From Squalus acanthias (lineage: Eukaryota): a stretch of 64,000 bases of DNA. How positions within the stretch are numbered: position 1 is the first letter of the stretch; every line of letters starts with the position of its first letter. Made by a program: the position numbers and the translations under genes. This document shows, in pieces, positions 23,602 through 36,983 of this stretch. The stretch covers positions 76,262,001-76,326,000 of the forward strand of contig CM059432.1 of assembly GCA_030390025.1 (NCBI GenBank), read 5' to 3'. The notes beneath the pieces are model-generated. The model was not told the DNA's origin. It saw nothing but the letters and a program-made list of their open reading frames with translations, and ran no database searches.

Positions 23602-26600
23602 ACTGTTTCTGGCAAAACAAGCGAAGCAATAAAACAGCTAAACAGCAACGAAATGTGAAATAGGTGGAAAAAGAAGGTACTTGCAGCAAGTCCAACTGAA
23701 TCAAGCCACGTTAAGAACAAAGGCACTACACGGGGAAGGAAGCTCCCTCGGGGCATCCATTTAAAACAGCTGCTGAACCTCTCGAGCACCTATCAGCATC
23801 ATTATGGGAACTAGCCCTAATTCACATATTTTTCAGCGCTTTTGTGGAACCGTGTGTGCAGCTTCTTAGAGCTAGAACTACTTCTGGATAGTATTATGAC
23901 AATCTCTGAACAGGCCTCAGCACTTCATTATGTAGCAGTGCCATGGCTGCTGATGATCGAAATCATGTGCAAATGGGGAGCAACAGCAGTCGATAGTGAA
24001 AAAGAAATTCATGGAAGACTTTTTGAACATCCTCAAAAAGAGTTACAAAAAATAACTAATTAAGAATTCCACCTTGAGAGCTAAAAATCTGCCTCTGTGA
24101 TGCATGATCAACACAATTAATTATTGTTATAAACGCAGAACGCCACTTACCTCCTGACCAGCAAAATAACTGATCTTAATCATCAGTGAGTGAGGCTTCT
24201 TTCTACATTTAGCTGCATGCATTGCAATCAATCAGTTTTCCAATGTTGCAACAAAAGGTTCAGGATGTTAAATGTCCTTATTTCATATCTTTTGATCATT
24301 TCCTTGTACAGCCTGTGGGTGAGATTTCCACCTGCCTCTGTTACTTTAGGGGCATAACCTGAATTCTGTGAGTCTGACTAAAACATTTCAACATCCAGCA
24401 GATGTTCACTCATATTTAAGTAAGTGGAGTCACAAAGGAACGGTCTGTGTCCTTGGGGTTAACAATAACCAGAATGGTAGTTTATACATCTATACAGATA
24501 CCACCGTCTACACTATACTTCCCAGAAAGATTCAGCAGAAGCTGGCTTGTTAGCATGTAAAGGTTCAATAAAATATTCTACTGAGTTCACAGCAGAAAAT
24601 TAGAACTGTAATGAAGCCTTCATAATGATTACATTGTACGTATCTGAACAGGCATTAGGACCTTCTGAAGCTGAAATTAAAATAATTAAGTCTTCAAGCT
24701 TAATGGCCAATCCTTTAAGGGCATCTCTCAGTAAAGCAGGCTATAGAAAATATAAAGGAATAACCCGACTAGTAAATCCCAGTGCCATCTCTTGCACCTT
24801 TGCTGAATTAGTTAACAAATTAATGCCTTACACACAATATTACAATAATCTCTTCAGTTTTGCAGAAATCTTCCACGACATTTCAATCTATTGTGAGTGG
24901 GATTTTCAATGCTAAACAAAATCTGGACAGAAACTCACCTTCATATTTGAAGAAAAACAGTCTATTCATTGTGTTAGGATGATTGCCTTTCATTATAAGT
25001 AGGTATAGGAAGATACAAAGGAATCATATCTATATTTAGAAATGCTGTATTACACTTGGACCGTCCATGGTAGTCAGGGTGGTCACTTCAGTGACAACAA
25101 AAATGAGGTCACTTCTGACAGACCTTGGTAGAACATTACAACAACAACAACCTTTGCCTAACTGTCTGCACTTTGTAAAACCTAAAGTATTTGCACATTT
25201 TTGCATATAACATCTGCCCAACTAAATCATGAATTACACATTTAACTCTATTTAAACAGCTACTGTCCGAGTACCTCAAGGAGCACATATTTGTTCAATT
25301 TATTAGCTAAATTGGCTTGAAAATAGATCTCTGATTGCTTTAAATAATTTGTTTTACATTTCTGTATTGTAAAATTTAAATTGAATAGGTTTTACTTTTT
25401 CGTTGCCAGCGGGACCCTGCTGTAAACTGACCTTCACTGGCCACGGTGGCTTTCTCACAACACTGTTCTGATGCTTTTACACATTGTGCCGAATTATTTT
25501 AATAAAGTAAACTTTTTGGGGTGCATTTGAAGATCCACCAGACTGAATGTGAAAAGTAAAACAGCAGTAGCCACTGCCATGTCCTTCAATGTAACATTAT
25601 ATCAGCATCACATTTATGACAACGTCTCGCCTTAATTGAAGGCAGGCAAAGTGCTGTCGACAAAATTGCATTGAGCTTTGTTTAGTTTGCACAGCAGGTG
25701 CATGATTTTCATGATGTACTGAATTTTAACAAGATTGCCATGCTACTGCCTCGGGGCCTGCAACTTCAAGCATTCTAACTGAGGTTTGAGCATCCTCGAA
25801 GGAATAACTGCAACCTTCCGCTAGGTTGCTGGAGGTGTTAATGAATTCTACATCAGGCTTCAAACACTTTCTTTTAGTGTGAGGAACTGCTCTCTCCAAA
25901 ATAATGCAGAGGCCAGCCTATTCACTTCCACAGTGTTTCTTCAAAACCGAATCATAATGTGGTTCACTGGGGGTTTGATGTTAGTCACGGTAAATTAATG
26001 GACAGGCACGTCAGGGTTCGGCCACTCCCACTAAACACACTGGGAAAAGGATCAGCTGTTTTTCATTCTGTCACTGTAGCAATTTGAGTCAATTGATTAA
26101 AAGGAGTGTGAAGGAGTTAGTGCAAGTCCAAAGCAATAGGCCTAGAAATTAGATATGGCCCGAAAACGGGCGGTGTCACGGGCCAGCGCTATTTGCCTGC
26201 GCCCATTGAAAGTGGTCCAGGCAGCATGCAAAATTAGTGCTGCCTACTCATTATAATGATTGGAGCACTGATCTCAGCACTAAACACGCTGCTGATTGGC
26301 TTAGCGCTGAATGGGGGGGGGGGGGGCCAATACGGGTGCAATCTAATGGCCAATAATGTTTGGCCTAGGCTCTCTGCACTACTTAACGAGGAGGTGCTTT
26401 GTTGCAGAAGCACCTCATTGTCATTGTAGAGCAAGCCATGGCTCAGCAACCAAGTGAGCGAGCAAGAAGGGTCTCAGACACTGCACTGAAGGCCTTGGTC
26501 CTGGTCGTGCAATGAAGGCGGGGTGTCCTGTTCCTGTAGGGTGGCAAGAAGCCATCCAAGGCCATTTGCAGAAGGCTGTGGGAGGAGATAGCTGACTCCG

Positions 26601-27800
26601 TCACGGCCACCAGTGTGGTCCCAAGGACCTGAATCCAGTGCTGGAAAAAATGTAATGAACTCGCACGGCAGATCAACGTGAGTAAAGGCTTCAGCAAATG
26701 CCATACCCCAGCACCTGCACCACAAGCCTCACACACTGCTCAATGCACCACACCCCCATCACTCACCTACCAACAATCTCTACCTATCACCACTCAGACC
26801 TCACAATCATGGCTTCACTTCACCCTCACAACCTTACCACTGCTGCAACACTCACATCCACATCCTGCTCCTAGATTCTATGTTTCTATGTTTCTATCTC
26901 ACACCTTGAACACACTGGCAACTATTCAACTATGGCAGGCACATCACCTGAACACATTGCGCTACACTCACTGACACACTTCCCTTTCTCTTGCAGGCAA
27001 AGGTGGCACATGACAGGAGGGAGAAATGGCAGACAGGAGGCAGCCAAGCCTCAATACAGAACCTCACCGACCTGGAGGAATCCGTGCTTGAAATTATTGG
27101 AGGGGCAGTGGCCGAGTCCGTGGCCAGCGGAAAGTTGAAGCCATTGCTGATGATGATGGTATAGTCATACTTAATCCTTCTTCTCACATCCCACTTACCC
27201 CTCATCTCACAATCTCTTCTCACATACAAGCTGCTGATGGTGCATTCATGGATATCTTGCTTCCCTCCCTCCCCTCACCACAACCCGACTCTTGTGCCTT
27301 TCTGCTTTCAGATAACCAAGAACTGCCAGCAGGCCAGCCTGTCCCTCATGGTGACCAAACTGAAGGAGATGACGAACAAGAAGAAGACACACCGTCACTG
27401 CATTTGACACTCGCAGACACAAGCTCAGAAAATGACATTGAGCGGAATTTAGATGGTATTACAGAAGCGGGATCTGCACATAGCGAGTCACTGGGCACGA
27501 GTGGGCTGCAGCCAGGCCAGGGGCAAAGGGTAGCTCAGGTGCCAGCACCCTGGGGGGGCGGGTTCGTGCTCAGATTCTGCTGCACAGGACTCAGATGACC
27601 GCGATGAGGTGGCCTTCAGAAGAAGGGTGATGGCCATGCACACGGAACTGCTAGGTGCAATGGCAAGCCTGCCAGAGAGCCTCTTGTCAGTGTCAAAGAG
27701 CAATGAGGAGTCCAGCTCCAACATTGGACTGTGCTTTTCGCAGAGCTTGGAGGCCACGATTTCCAGGATGGAAATGATGGACAACTCCAAGAGAGACCTT

Positions 27801-28564
27801 GGGGCAGAAATTCGGCTGTTGTCGGGTGAGTATGCACTGTGTACTCACCCGTGGATGGAACGAAAGTGCCGGTTTCTTGCATGCACTGCGCATGCGCGGG
27901 AAACCGGCACTTCCATTCCCCTGAGGAAAGGGGTTCAGAGGTCGAATGCGCACGCCGGAGGGCCAGCGCGTTCGCCTCGCACTTCGGATTTTTTTTACAG
28001 GTTCCTCCGTGAAGATAAGCACGGAGAAGATACACTTTTAAAAAGGATGCGCAAGGCCTTCTTTTAACAAGGTAAGTGTTGATTTTATTAAAATTTAAAC
28101 ATTTTTTTCACAGATTTATCTTTATTAATTACTTTAAAGAAAAATAAGTTTAGTTTTAGCCCCATTAAAAAATGTAATTCATTTTTTCAAAAATTTAAAT
28201 TTTTGTTTAAAATAGTTAATTAATGTAATTTTTAGTTATTTTAAAAATGTGATGTTTTAAAAAAAATGTATTTGTAGTTTTAGGGATGTTTTGGGGCCGA
28301 TCTGTATTCATAGATTTGACAGGTCCTGTCAAATCTATGAATGAAAGATGGTCTGCTGCCATTGGCTCTCCATGGCCCACGTGATCCCAGGGGACGCATC
28401 GCACTAACTACGCCCCTGGGATACACAAGCACAGCGCGCCGGCAGTTGGAGGGGGCCCAGGAGCCGAAGTCCCCGTGGGCCCAGAGGTCAACGGCAGGCA
28501 CGGAAGGTAGGTGCGCGCGCGATCCTTGCACCCGCGGGAAGCCAGGGAGCCGAATTTCTGGCCC
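27801..28564. mobile_element. Harbinger-type MITE inserted in the B2 Myb gene
   Basis: 16-bp TIRs GGGGCAGAAATTCGGC / GCCGAATTTCTGGCCC (15/16); CTT TSD at 27798-27800 and 28565-28567. Confidence 0.92.
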
Positions 28565-31500
28565 CTTGTCTCTTCCACTGCAGCACAGGAGGATGCGACC
28601 CAACGTCTGAGTGCTGCAGTGCAGACTCCTCTCCTGCAGGCTCAGCTTGCTGCCACGCAAGGTCAGACTGCTGCCATCGTTGCTGGGTTTACCAGTGTTG
28701 AAAGAGGCTTGTAGGTTGTCAGAGCAGGCCAGCAATGTAGGAATGCTGAGGCGCTGCCCGGGGGGAGTGGCAGTGGGTCTGTGAAGCAAGAACCTGCTGT
28801 TCTCTCTCAGGATGACAGCATTCCTACTCCCACCACTGCCACTCCACCATTACCCTTGCCACTGCCTATCAGCCAGCCAGTCCAGACTGCTGCCGCCCAT
28901 GCCAAGGTGGTGCAGTCTACAGCTGGGCCTTCTAGGCCCACAGCTGGTCGAGGTCATTGTGAAAGGCAACCTGTAGTCTACCCCACTGAGAGTCAGCAGC
29001 CTTCCCCCAGCTGCTGCAGCCACTGGGGGAGCACTGTGTAGGAGCACTAGAGTAGGAAAAGGCACATTGAGCGACAGACACTAAGGGAATTCACGAGGAT
29101 TATTAGTTGATATTGTAATTTTGATTATATTGGGATAAATTTATGATTTTTGTTTGGAATGTTTGTTTTGTGGTGGCTCTCATTTCAGCTTTGTGCCCAG
29201 GAGGACGCTGTGATGTTCTGTGACAGAGGGATGGTATGATTGGGAAGTGGTGAGCAACGGGGATCTGGGGTTTCATTCACTGGAATCGGAGTCTGATGAG
29301 GTGTTAATGGACAGCCCGTTCAGAACGGGGATTTGCTGCCTGCCTCCTCCCTCCCTCCCTCCTCCTCCTCATCTCCCTCCTCCTCATCCTGAGGTAGTCC
29401 TGCAATCCCTGGTGGCAAGGGCTGCACCTTCATGATGGCCAAGTTGTGAAGCATGCAGCAGACCACCACGAAATGGGACACCCACTCCAGCGAGTATTGA
29501 GGTCTCCTCCTGAGTGGTCAAGGCAGTGTAACCGCTGCCGAGCTCCCCGATAGTCTGCTCGTTGATGTTCCTGGTGGCAGCATGGCTGTCATTATATGAG
29601 TGCTGGGCACGAGTGGTGGGGTTGCCAAGGGGAGTCATCAGCCAGGTGCAGAGCGGATAGCCCTTGTCTCTGAGCAGCCACCCTCAGGTTGAGGTGGTGG
29701 CTGGAAGATTGCTGGCACACCATACTGTGTAGGATGATGGCATCATGACTGCTGCCAGGATAGCAGGCATTCACCTTCACGATGCACTGGGCGTGGGCAC
29801 AACAACTGCACATTAAGTGAGTGGTAGCCTTGCGGTTGCAGTACGTCTCAGGATTGGTATATAATGCCCGCAAAGCCACGTGGGGTGTGCACTCAATGGT
29901 GCCTTGCGCCATGCAGAAGCCCGCTATCCTGGCAAAGCCACATGTGCTCTCGTCCTGTTTATCTCTGTTCAGAGAGAAGCCAATGTAGTCTCTTCTCCTA
30001 GAGAGCCTCAGTGACCTCCCGGATGCAGTATGAATGGCGAACTGGGAGATGTTAGCTATGTCTCCTGCTGCAGACTGGAAGGATCCACTGGCAAAGAAAT
30101 TGAGGGCCACGGTGACCTTGAGGGCCACTGGGAGTGCCGTGGTCACCCTGCTCTGAGGCTGCAGGTCTGGTTGCAGGAGGTGGCAGAGGATAACCAGGGA
30201 AAGAGTAGGGCCCATTAGGGACCAAAGTGGCAATCTGTGTGTAGAGCCGGAAGATGTAGGTGAGGTTTTAAATGAATATTTTGCATCTGTGTTCACTATG
30301 GAGAAGGACGATGTAGGCATAGAAATCAGGCAGGGGAATTGTGATACACTTGAACAAATTAGCATTGAGAGGGAGGAGGTACTAGCGGTTTTAGCGGGCT
30401 TAAAAGTGGATAAATCCCCAGGCCCAGATGAGATGTATCCCAGGCTGCTGTGTGAGGCAAGGGAGGAGATTACAGGGGCTCTGACACAAATTTTCAGAAC
30501 CTCTCTGGCCACAGGGGAGGTGCCAGAGGAGTGGAGAACAGCTAAAGTAGTACCATTATTCAAGAAGGGTAGTAGGGATAAACCAGGGAATTACAGGCCA
30601 GTGAGCCTAACATCAGTGGTAGGGAAATTATTGGAAAAAATTCTGAGGGACAGAATTAGTCTCCACTTGGAGAGGCAAGGATTAATCAAGGATAGTCAGC
30701 ATGGCTTTGTCAGGGGGAGATCATGTCTAACCAATTTGATAGAATTTTTCGAGGGGGTGACTAGGTGTGTGGACGAGGGTAGTGCAGTTGATGTAGTCTA
30801 CATGGACTTCAGTAAGGCTTTTGACAATGTCCCGCATGGGAGACTGGTCAAGAAGGTAAGAGCCCATGGGATCCAGGGCAATTTGGCACATTGGATTCAA
30901 AACTGGCTTAGTGGCAGGAGGCAGTGGGTGATGGTCGAAGGATGTTTTTGTGACTGGAAGCCTGTGTCCAGTGGGGTACCACAGGGATCGGTGCTGGGTC
31001 CCTTGCTGTTTGTAGTGTACATTAATGATTTAGATATGAATGTAGGAGGTATGATCAGTAAGTTCACAGATGACACGAAAATTGGTGGAGTGGTAAATAG
31101 CGAGGAGGGAAGCCTCAGGCTACAGGACGATATAGACGGGTTGGTCAGATGGGCAGAACAGTGGCAAATGGAATTTAACCCTGCAAAGTGTGAGGTGATG
31201 CATTTTGGGAGGACTAACACGGCAAGGGAATACACAATGAATGATAGGACCCTAGGAAGGACAGAGGATCAGAGGGACCTTGGTGTGCATGTACATAGAT
31301 CCCTGAAGGCAGCAGGACAGGTAGATAAGGTGGTTAAGAAGGCATATGGGATACTTGCCTTCATTAGCCGAGGCATAGAATATAAGAGCAGGGAGGTTAT
31401 GATGGAGCTGTACAAAACGCTAGTTAGGCCACAGCTGGAATACTGTGTGCAGTTCTGGTCGTCACACTATAGGAAGGATGTGATTGCATTGGAGAGGGTG

Positions 31501-32486
31501 CAGAGGAGATTCACCAGGATGTTACCTGGGCTGAAGTGCTTCAGCTATGAGGAGAGACTGGACAGGCTGGGGTTATTTTCCTTAGAGCAGAGAAGGCTGA
31601 GGGGGGACCTGATTGAGGTGTACAAAATTATGAGGGGCATAGATAGGGTAGATAGAAACGAACTTTTCCCCTTAGTAGAGGGGTCAATAACCAGGGGGCA
31701 TAGTTTCAAGGTAAGGGGCAGGAGGTTTAGTGGCGATTTGAGGTGAAACTTTTTCACCCAGAGGGTGGTTGGAATCTGGAACTCACTGCCTGAAAGGGTG
31801 GTAGAGGCAGGAACCCTCACAACATTCAAGAAGCATTTAGATGAGCACTTGAAATGCCATAGCATACAAGGCTACGGACCAAGTGCTGGAAAATGGGATT
31901 AGAATAGACAGGGCTTGATGGCCGGCGCGGACACGATGGGCCGAAGGGCCTCTTTCTGTGCTGTATAACTCTATGGGGGGAAAATTCAGTTGGTTGCGCC
32001 TCCCGTTAGCGCCTTAGGAGGGCGCTAATGGGGTGCAAAGCAACTAGTGCCCGGGCGCAGCGATGTTTGCGCCGCTCACGAAATTAACTAGACATTTTGC
32101 GGCGGCGCTAAACTTTACCGCCGCGATATCCTGCGCACACAGATCTTGACGTCATATGAGGGTGCAACGCCCTTGTGGCGCCCCGGAGCAGAAATTGAGT
32201 GGCGCCCCCATCCTTTCCACCTGGCGCAACCAACGACCGGAAGACTGGAACGCTCCCCAGTCGCTGTGGGGCTGGGGGGGCTGCTATTTAAAGGGGGCCT
32301 CTTCCTGTCTTTCTCTGTGGTTGACATTTTTGCACCACTCGTTCTGAGAGAGAGAGAGAGATTCGGAGAGAGAGAAAGAGAGACTTCTGCATTGAGTCAA
32401 CGCTGTGTGAGGTAGTTTTGGCTACTGATCATAACTTTGCAGGTACTTTGGTTTTTGACCTTCATAACTTTGATTGCCAAGAGACT

Positions 32487-33647
32487 TTGGGGGCTGCACT
32501 GATTGGGGGCGTCGTCCTGCGCCACCAGAATCAGAGGACACAGAGATGCAGAGAGAGAGTGGCAATCATGGCCAGACGGAGGAGGGCCAACAGGCCTCTG
32601 TACAGGGGACCTTACCCTCCCAGGATATATCGCCAACAATTCACATATATTAATATGTCTGAGGAGCAGTGTTTGCGAAGGCTGCGCTTCAGCAAGGAGG
32701 TAGTCACTGAGCTCTGCCACCCGCTGCAGCCAGATCTGCAGCCTCAACTGAGGTCCAGGACGTCTCTGTCGGTGGCAGTGAAGATCACAGTGGCTCTGAA
32801 CTTTTATGCAACCGGCTCATTTCAATCAGCTACTGGGGACATCGCCAATATCTCCCAGTTCGCGGTCCATTGCTGTATCCGTCAGGTCACAAATGCCCTC
32901 TTTAAAAGGAGACGAGAGTACATCTCTTTCCCCATGACCCCGGACAAGCAGTATGAATGCGCAATGGGCTTTGCGAGGATAGCGGGCTTCCCCATGGTGC
33001 AGGGCGCCATTGACTGCACGCATGTGGCATTGCGTGCTCTGCATGAGAATGCAGAGGATTTCCGCAACAGAAAGGGGTTCCATTCCTTAAACGTTCAGTT
33101 GGTCTGTGACCACAGACAGCTGATACTCGCTGTCAATGCCCACTATCCTGGCAGCTGCCATGATGCATTCATCCTGCGCCAGACTACTGTGGCAGAACTT
33201 TTCCAGGCACCGCATCAGCCAGTTGGTTGGCTTCTCGGGGACAAGGGATAGCCACTGAGCACCTGGCTGATGACACCGCTCCGTACACCCAACACCCCTG
33301 CTGAGCTGCGGTACAACGAGAGCCATCAAGCTACCAGGAACATCGTTGAGCACACAATCGGCGTGCTCAAGCAACAGTTCCGCTGTCGGGACCATTCTGG
33401 AGGAGCCCTGCAGTACTCGCCTGAGCGAGTTTCCCTCTTCGTAGTTGTGTGCTGCATGCTGCATAACCTGGCAATCCTCAGGACCCAGCCAATGCCACCA
33501 GGCCTTGGAGCACCACCAGAGGAGGAGGAGGAAGAGGAGGAGGAAGAGGAGGAGGATGATCATCAGCAGCACCAAGGCGGGCGGGAGGCCCACAATGTAG
33601 AAACTGGAAGGGCCGTCGGTCAACGGCTGATAGCAAGCCGCTTCTAG
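32487..33647 (+). pseudogene. Harbinger transposase pseudogene (A2)
   Basis: Same frame as the A1 transposase, but the start ATG is TTG at 32487. GDKGY is TAT>TAG at 33249-33251, which truncates the protein before the catalytic Glu. Confidence 0.92.
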
Positions 33648-33946
33648 GCCCCTGCTAAAAAAATGGCTTCTGCCATTGAGAACAACATGAATGAAACCAA
33701 CCCACAACCCCTAAGCCAGCTAAGGCAGCAATGATTCCAAAGACCAAACATGTACATTTTGAATACAAAAACTTATTTATTTCACAAACTCTGTGTGTGT
33801 CATTTCCTCATGACAAACTAATAGAAAGAAACACAAAAACACAGACATTAACATAACTGGTTCTCACAACCTGGAGATAATGTTCAAAAGTTTGACCACG
33901 AACCTCAGCCTTTAATAAAAAAATGACCAACATTTTGTCACACCTC

Positions 33947-35689
33947 CTACTTTTTTCCCTTCGAGGGTGATCTCCTTCCCTTGCGCACTTCCCCCCTTTC
34001 CACCCTACTGCCCCTCCGTAATGGGACCACAGTGGCTGCAGCAAGGCTGGTGGAAGGCTGCTGATTGTCAGAACCTGAGACTGCAGATGCCCTTGAAGGA
34101 CGGCCTCGACCAGCTCTGGGCCTGGAGGGCCCGGCTGCAGACTGCACCAACTCTGCATGGGCGGCAGCAGTCTGTCCTACAGGCGGTGGCAAGTGCAGTG
34201 GAGAAGTGACAGTGGTGGCAGCAGGAATGCTGTCATTTTGAGAGAGGTCAGCAACTCCCTGCTCGACCGACACACTGGCACTCCCACGGGGCAGCACTTC
34301 AGCATCCGGAGCAATCTGCTGGAGCACAGATTGCTGGCCTGCTGCGGCGCGGTGAGAGCCCCGAGGAAATGTGTCTGAACCATCGAGGATGGCAGCAGTC
34401 AGTGCTCGCGTGGCCTCAATATGAGTCTGCATGAGAGCAGTCAGAGATGGGGTCATGGCAGCCATTGACTGAATTGCAGCACTAAACATTTGCGTGGCAT
34501 CTGCCTGTGCTACAGCGAAGTGCTCCACACTCCTTGCCAGTGATTCAATGCATTCGGGCACCCTTCCCACTGCACCCATGAGCTCAGTGTGCATGTCCAC
34601 CGCCTGGGTGTTCATTTCAGCGATGAGCCACTCCTCCTCTGTGTCCAGTGCAGTAGGACTCGCTGGCATACTCTCCCTCCGGGGAGAAGGCCCCCGAGCT
34701 TCCCTACCCCCATGGCGCTGCTGCAGCCCGCTGGGTCCTGGAGCTTCACCCTCATCAGACCCTTCCCCCCTGCTCCCCTCCAGGGAAGGCGTGTTTCCAG
34801 TGTGGGCATGGGCTTCCTCGGGAGAGGGTGGCGCTGATGCTGCAGCTTCCTCTTCCTCCTCGCCTGCAGCTTCACTCCCACTGGCAGCTTGAGGGCCCGT
34901 CTCCTCAGCTGGTGAATCACCATCTGAAAGCAGGGAGGTGCAAGAGTGGCTTTAGCGTGAGGACAGGGGGGCAGTAAGGGAGGAATGAGTGCAGCGATTT
35001 AGTAAGTTGGATTGAAAGTGTCAAAGGCTGGTGTTGTGAGGGACAAGTGGAAGGACAGAGGACAAAAAGGTGATGACCTTACCATTGCTGTCCAGAATGG
35101 GGTCGGCGTCTCCAGTGGCGACGGGACCGATCACCCGGCTTGCCACAATCCTGTGGACGCGCGCCTCAAGATCGCTGAGGGGTGAATAGCCCTTACTGTA
35201 TGCAGCCATGGTTTTGCCTGATGTGCCTCCCATAGGTGAATAGCCCTTACTGTATGCAGCCATGGTCTTGCCTGATGTGCCTCCCATAGGTGAATAGCCC
35301 TTACTGTATGCAAAGTGTGGAATGTGCGTGTGTGTTTCATGAGAGGGCCATAGGTGTTGGATGAGTGTTGTGCATTTGGGTTTTAAGACCCTCTGGCCAT
35401 AGAGTGAGGTTGAGATGGAGGGATGGAGAGGTATTGAAAAAAAGCCACTCACCCTGACGATCCGAGTGAGGTCATTGAACTTTTTTCGACATTGTATATG
35501 GGTCCTGGGCACCATGCTCCTGGAGGAGACGCTCTGAGCCACCTCCCTCCACACTCTTCTGTACTCGCGCGGCAAAGGCCTCCTGCCACTCTCAGGGAAG
35601 AGTATAGATCTTCTGCGCTCCACCGCGCCAACCAGAGCATCCAAGGCTCGCTCGCTGAAGCGCTGAGCTCGTTTTCTCACCCTCTCCAT
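33947..35689 (-). CDS. Rearranged Myb/SANT gene of A2; possible 2-exon form (35689-35083, 34923-33947), 527 aa
   Basis: A deletion removed the intron-1 acceptor and the start of exon 2. Exon 1, intron 1 and the rest of exon 2 read as one open frame (ORF 35021-35689). Intron-2 splice sites and exon 3 are intact and in phase. Expression is unknown. Confidence 0.5.
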
Positions 35690-36110
35690 AGTCCTTGGCT
35701 GGAAGATTTAGGCACAGGTCTCTCCAGGCCGAGATTCAAGGCTCCAATGAGCAGGGTGTGGCTGGAGTGCAAGATCGACCCTCCCCTTTTAGAACTGCCC
35801 GGCGCCAGTGTGTCTGTGTTCCATCGCTAACTGACAGCACCTGCGCTGCGCCCGTGCTCTGAGTTAGCGCCTCGCTCCTCGGCCTTTGCGCATTAAGACA
35901 GGTGTGTAGCGCCTGATTTAGCGCTCCAATCACCTCCAGGAGCGATAAAAGTCAAGTTTGCAGTCGGAGGCGATAATTAGCGCCCCAAATGGGGCGATAC
36001 TGAATTTCTCCCCCTATGACTCTATGACCTCCTTGGTGAAGCGGAGTCTCCTAATACACTGATCCTTGCTTTAGTGGAGGCAAGAAAAGTGCTTTAGGAA
36101 GACCCTAGGT

Positions 36111-36983
36111 GTGAGGAGGATGCAATGGGGCTTCAAGGGGATATAGACAAGCTAAGTGAGTGGGCAAGAACATGGCAAATGGAATATAATGTGGAGAAAT
36201 TTGAAGTTATCCAGTTTGTTAGGAAAAATAGAAAAGCAGAGTATTTTTTAAATGGTGAGAGATTGGGAAATGTTGGTGTTCAGAAGGACCTGGGTGTCCT
36301 TATACACTAATCACTGAAAGTTAACATGCAGGTACAGCAAGCAATTAGGAAAGCAAAAGGTATGTTGGCCTTTATTACAAGAGGATTTGAGTATAAGAGT
36401 AAAGTCGTCTTACTGCAATTATATAGGGCTCTGGTGAGACCACATCTGGTGTATTGTGTACAGTGTTGGTCTCCTTATCTAAGGAAGGATATACTTGCTA
36501 TAGAGGGAGTGCAACAAAGGTTCACCAGACTGATTCCTGGGATGGGAGATTGAGTAGGCTAGGCCTATATTCTCTAGAGTTTAGAAGAATGAGAGGTAAT
36601 CGCATTGAAACATACAAAATTCTTATAGGGCTTGACAGGGTAGATGCAGGGAGGATGTTTCCCCTGGCTGGGAAGTCTAGTACCAGGGGTCACAGTCTCA
36701 GAATAGGGGGTCGGCCATTTAGGACTGAGATGAGAAGAAATTTCTTCACTCAGAGGGTGGTGAATCTTTGGAATTCTCTACCCCAGAGGGTTGTGGAGGC
36801 TCAGTCATTGAGTATATTCAAGATAAAGATCGATGGATTTTTGAATATTAAGGGAATCAAGGGATATGAGGCTAGTGCAGGAAAGGGGAGATGAGGTAGA
36901 AGATCAGCCATGATCTTATTGAATGGCGGAGCAGGCTCGAAGGGCCAAATGGCCTACTCCTGCTCCTATTTCTTACGTTCTTA
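36111..36983 (+). mobile_element. 5'-truncated CR1 fragment inserted in the B2 transposase
   Basis: ORFs 36125-36310, 36326-36553 and 36454-36894 are CR1 ORF2 C-terminal. (TTCTTATG)-type tail. Flanks rejoin as transposase ...RPYP|PRVF. Confidence 0.92.

Larger units (their letters stand above)
31975..36014 (+). mobile_element. Harbinger family A, copy A2 (full length, transposase inactivated)
   Basis: TIRs GGGGGGAAAATTCAG / CTGAATTTCTCCCCC; TAT TSD at 31972-31974 and 36015-36017. Colinear with A1. Confidence 0.95.
30187..36025 (+). mobile_element. Young 5'-truncated CR1 LINE inserted in the B2 transposase; its tail is split by Harbinger A2
   Basis: ORF 30289-31746 (485 aa) has a complete RT domain, ending at a premature TGA. 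The (ACTCTATG)n tail begins at about 31968 and continues at 36015-36025. Confidence 0.93.

Noticed and set aside
23842..24915. Short ORFs in unique sequence as host exons
   Set aside because: No recognisable domain or consistent splice phase; lengths are compatible with chance.
29592..30563. 323-aa ORF that looks like a novel fusion protein
   Set aside because: It is the antisense of a CR1 5'-truncation point read into a frameshifted Harbinger transposase remnant, i.e. a junction artefact.
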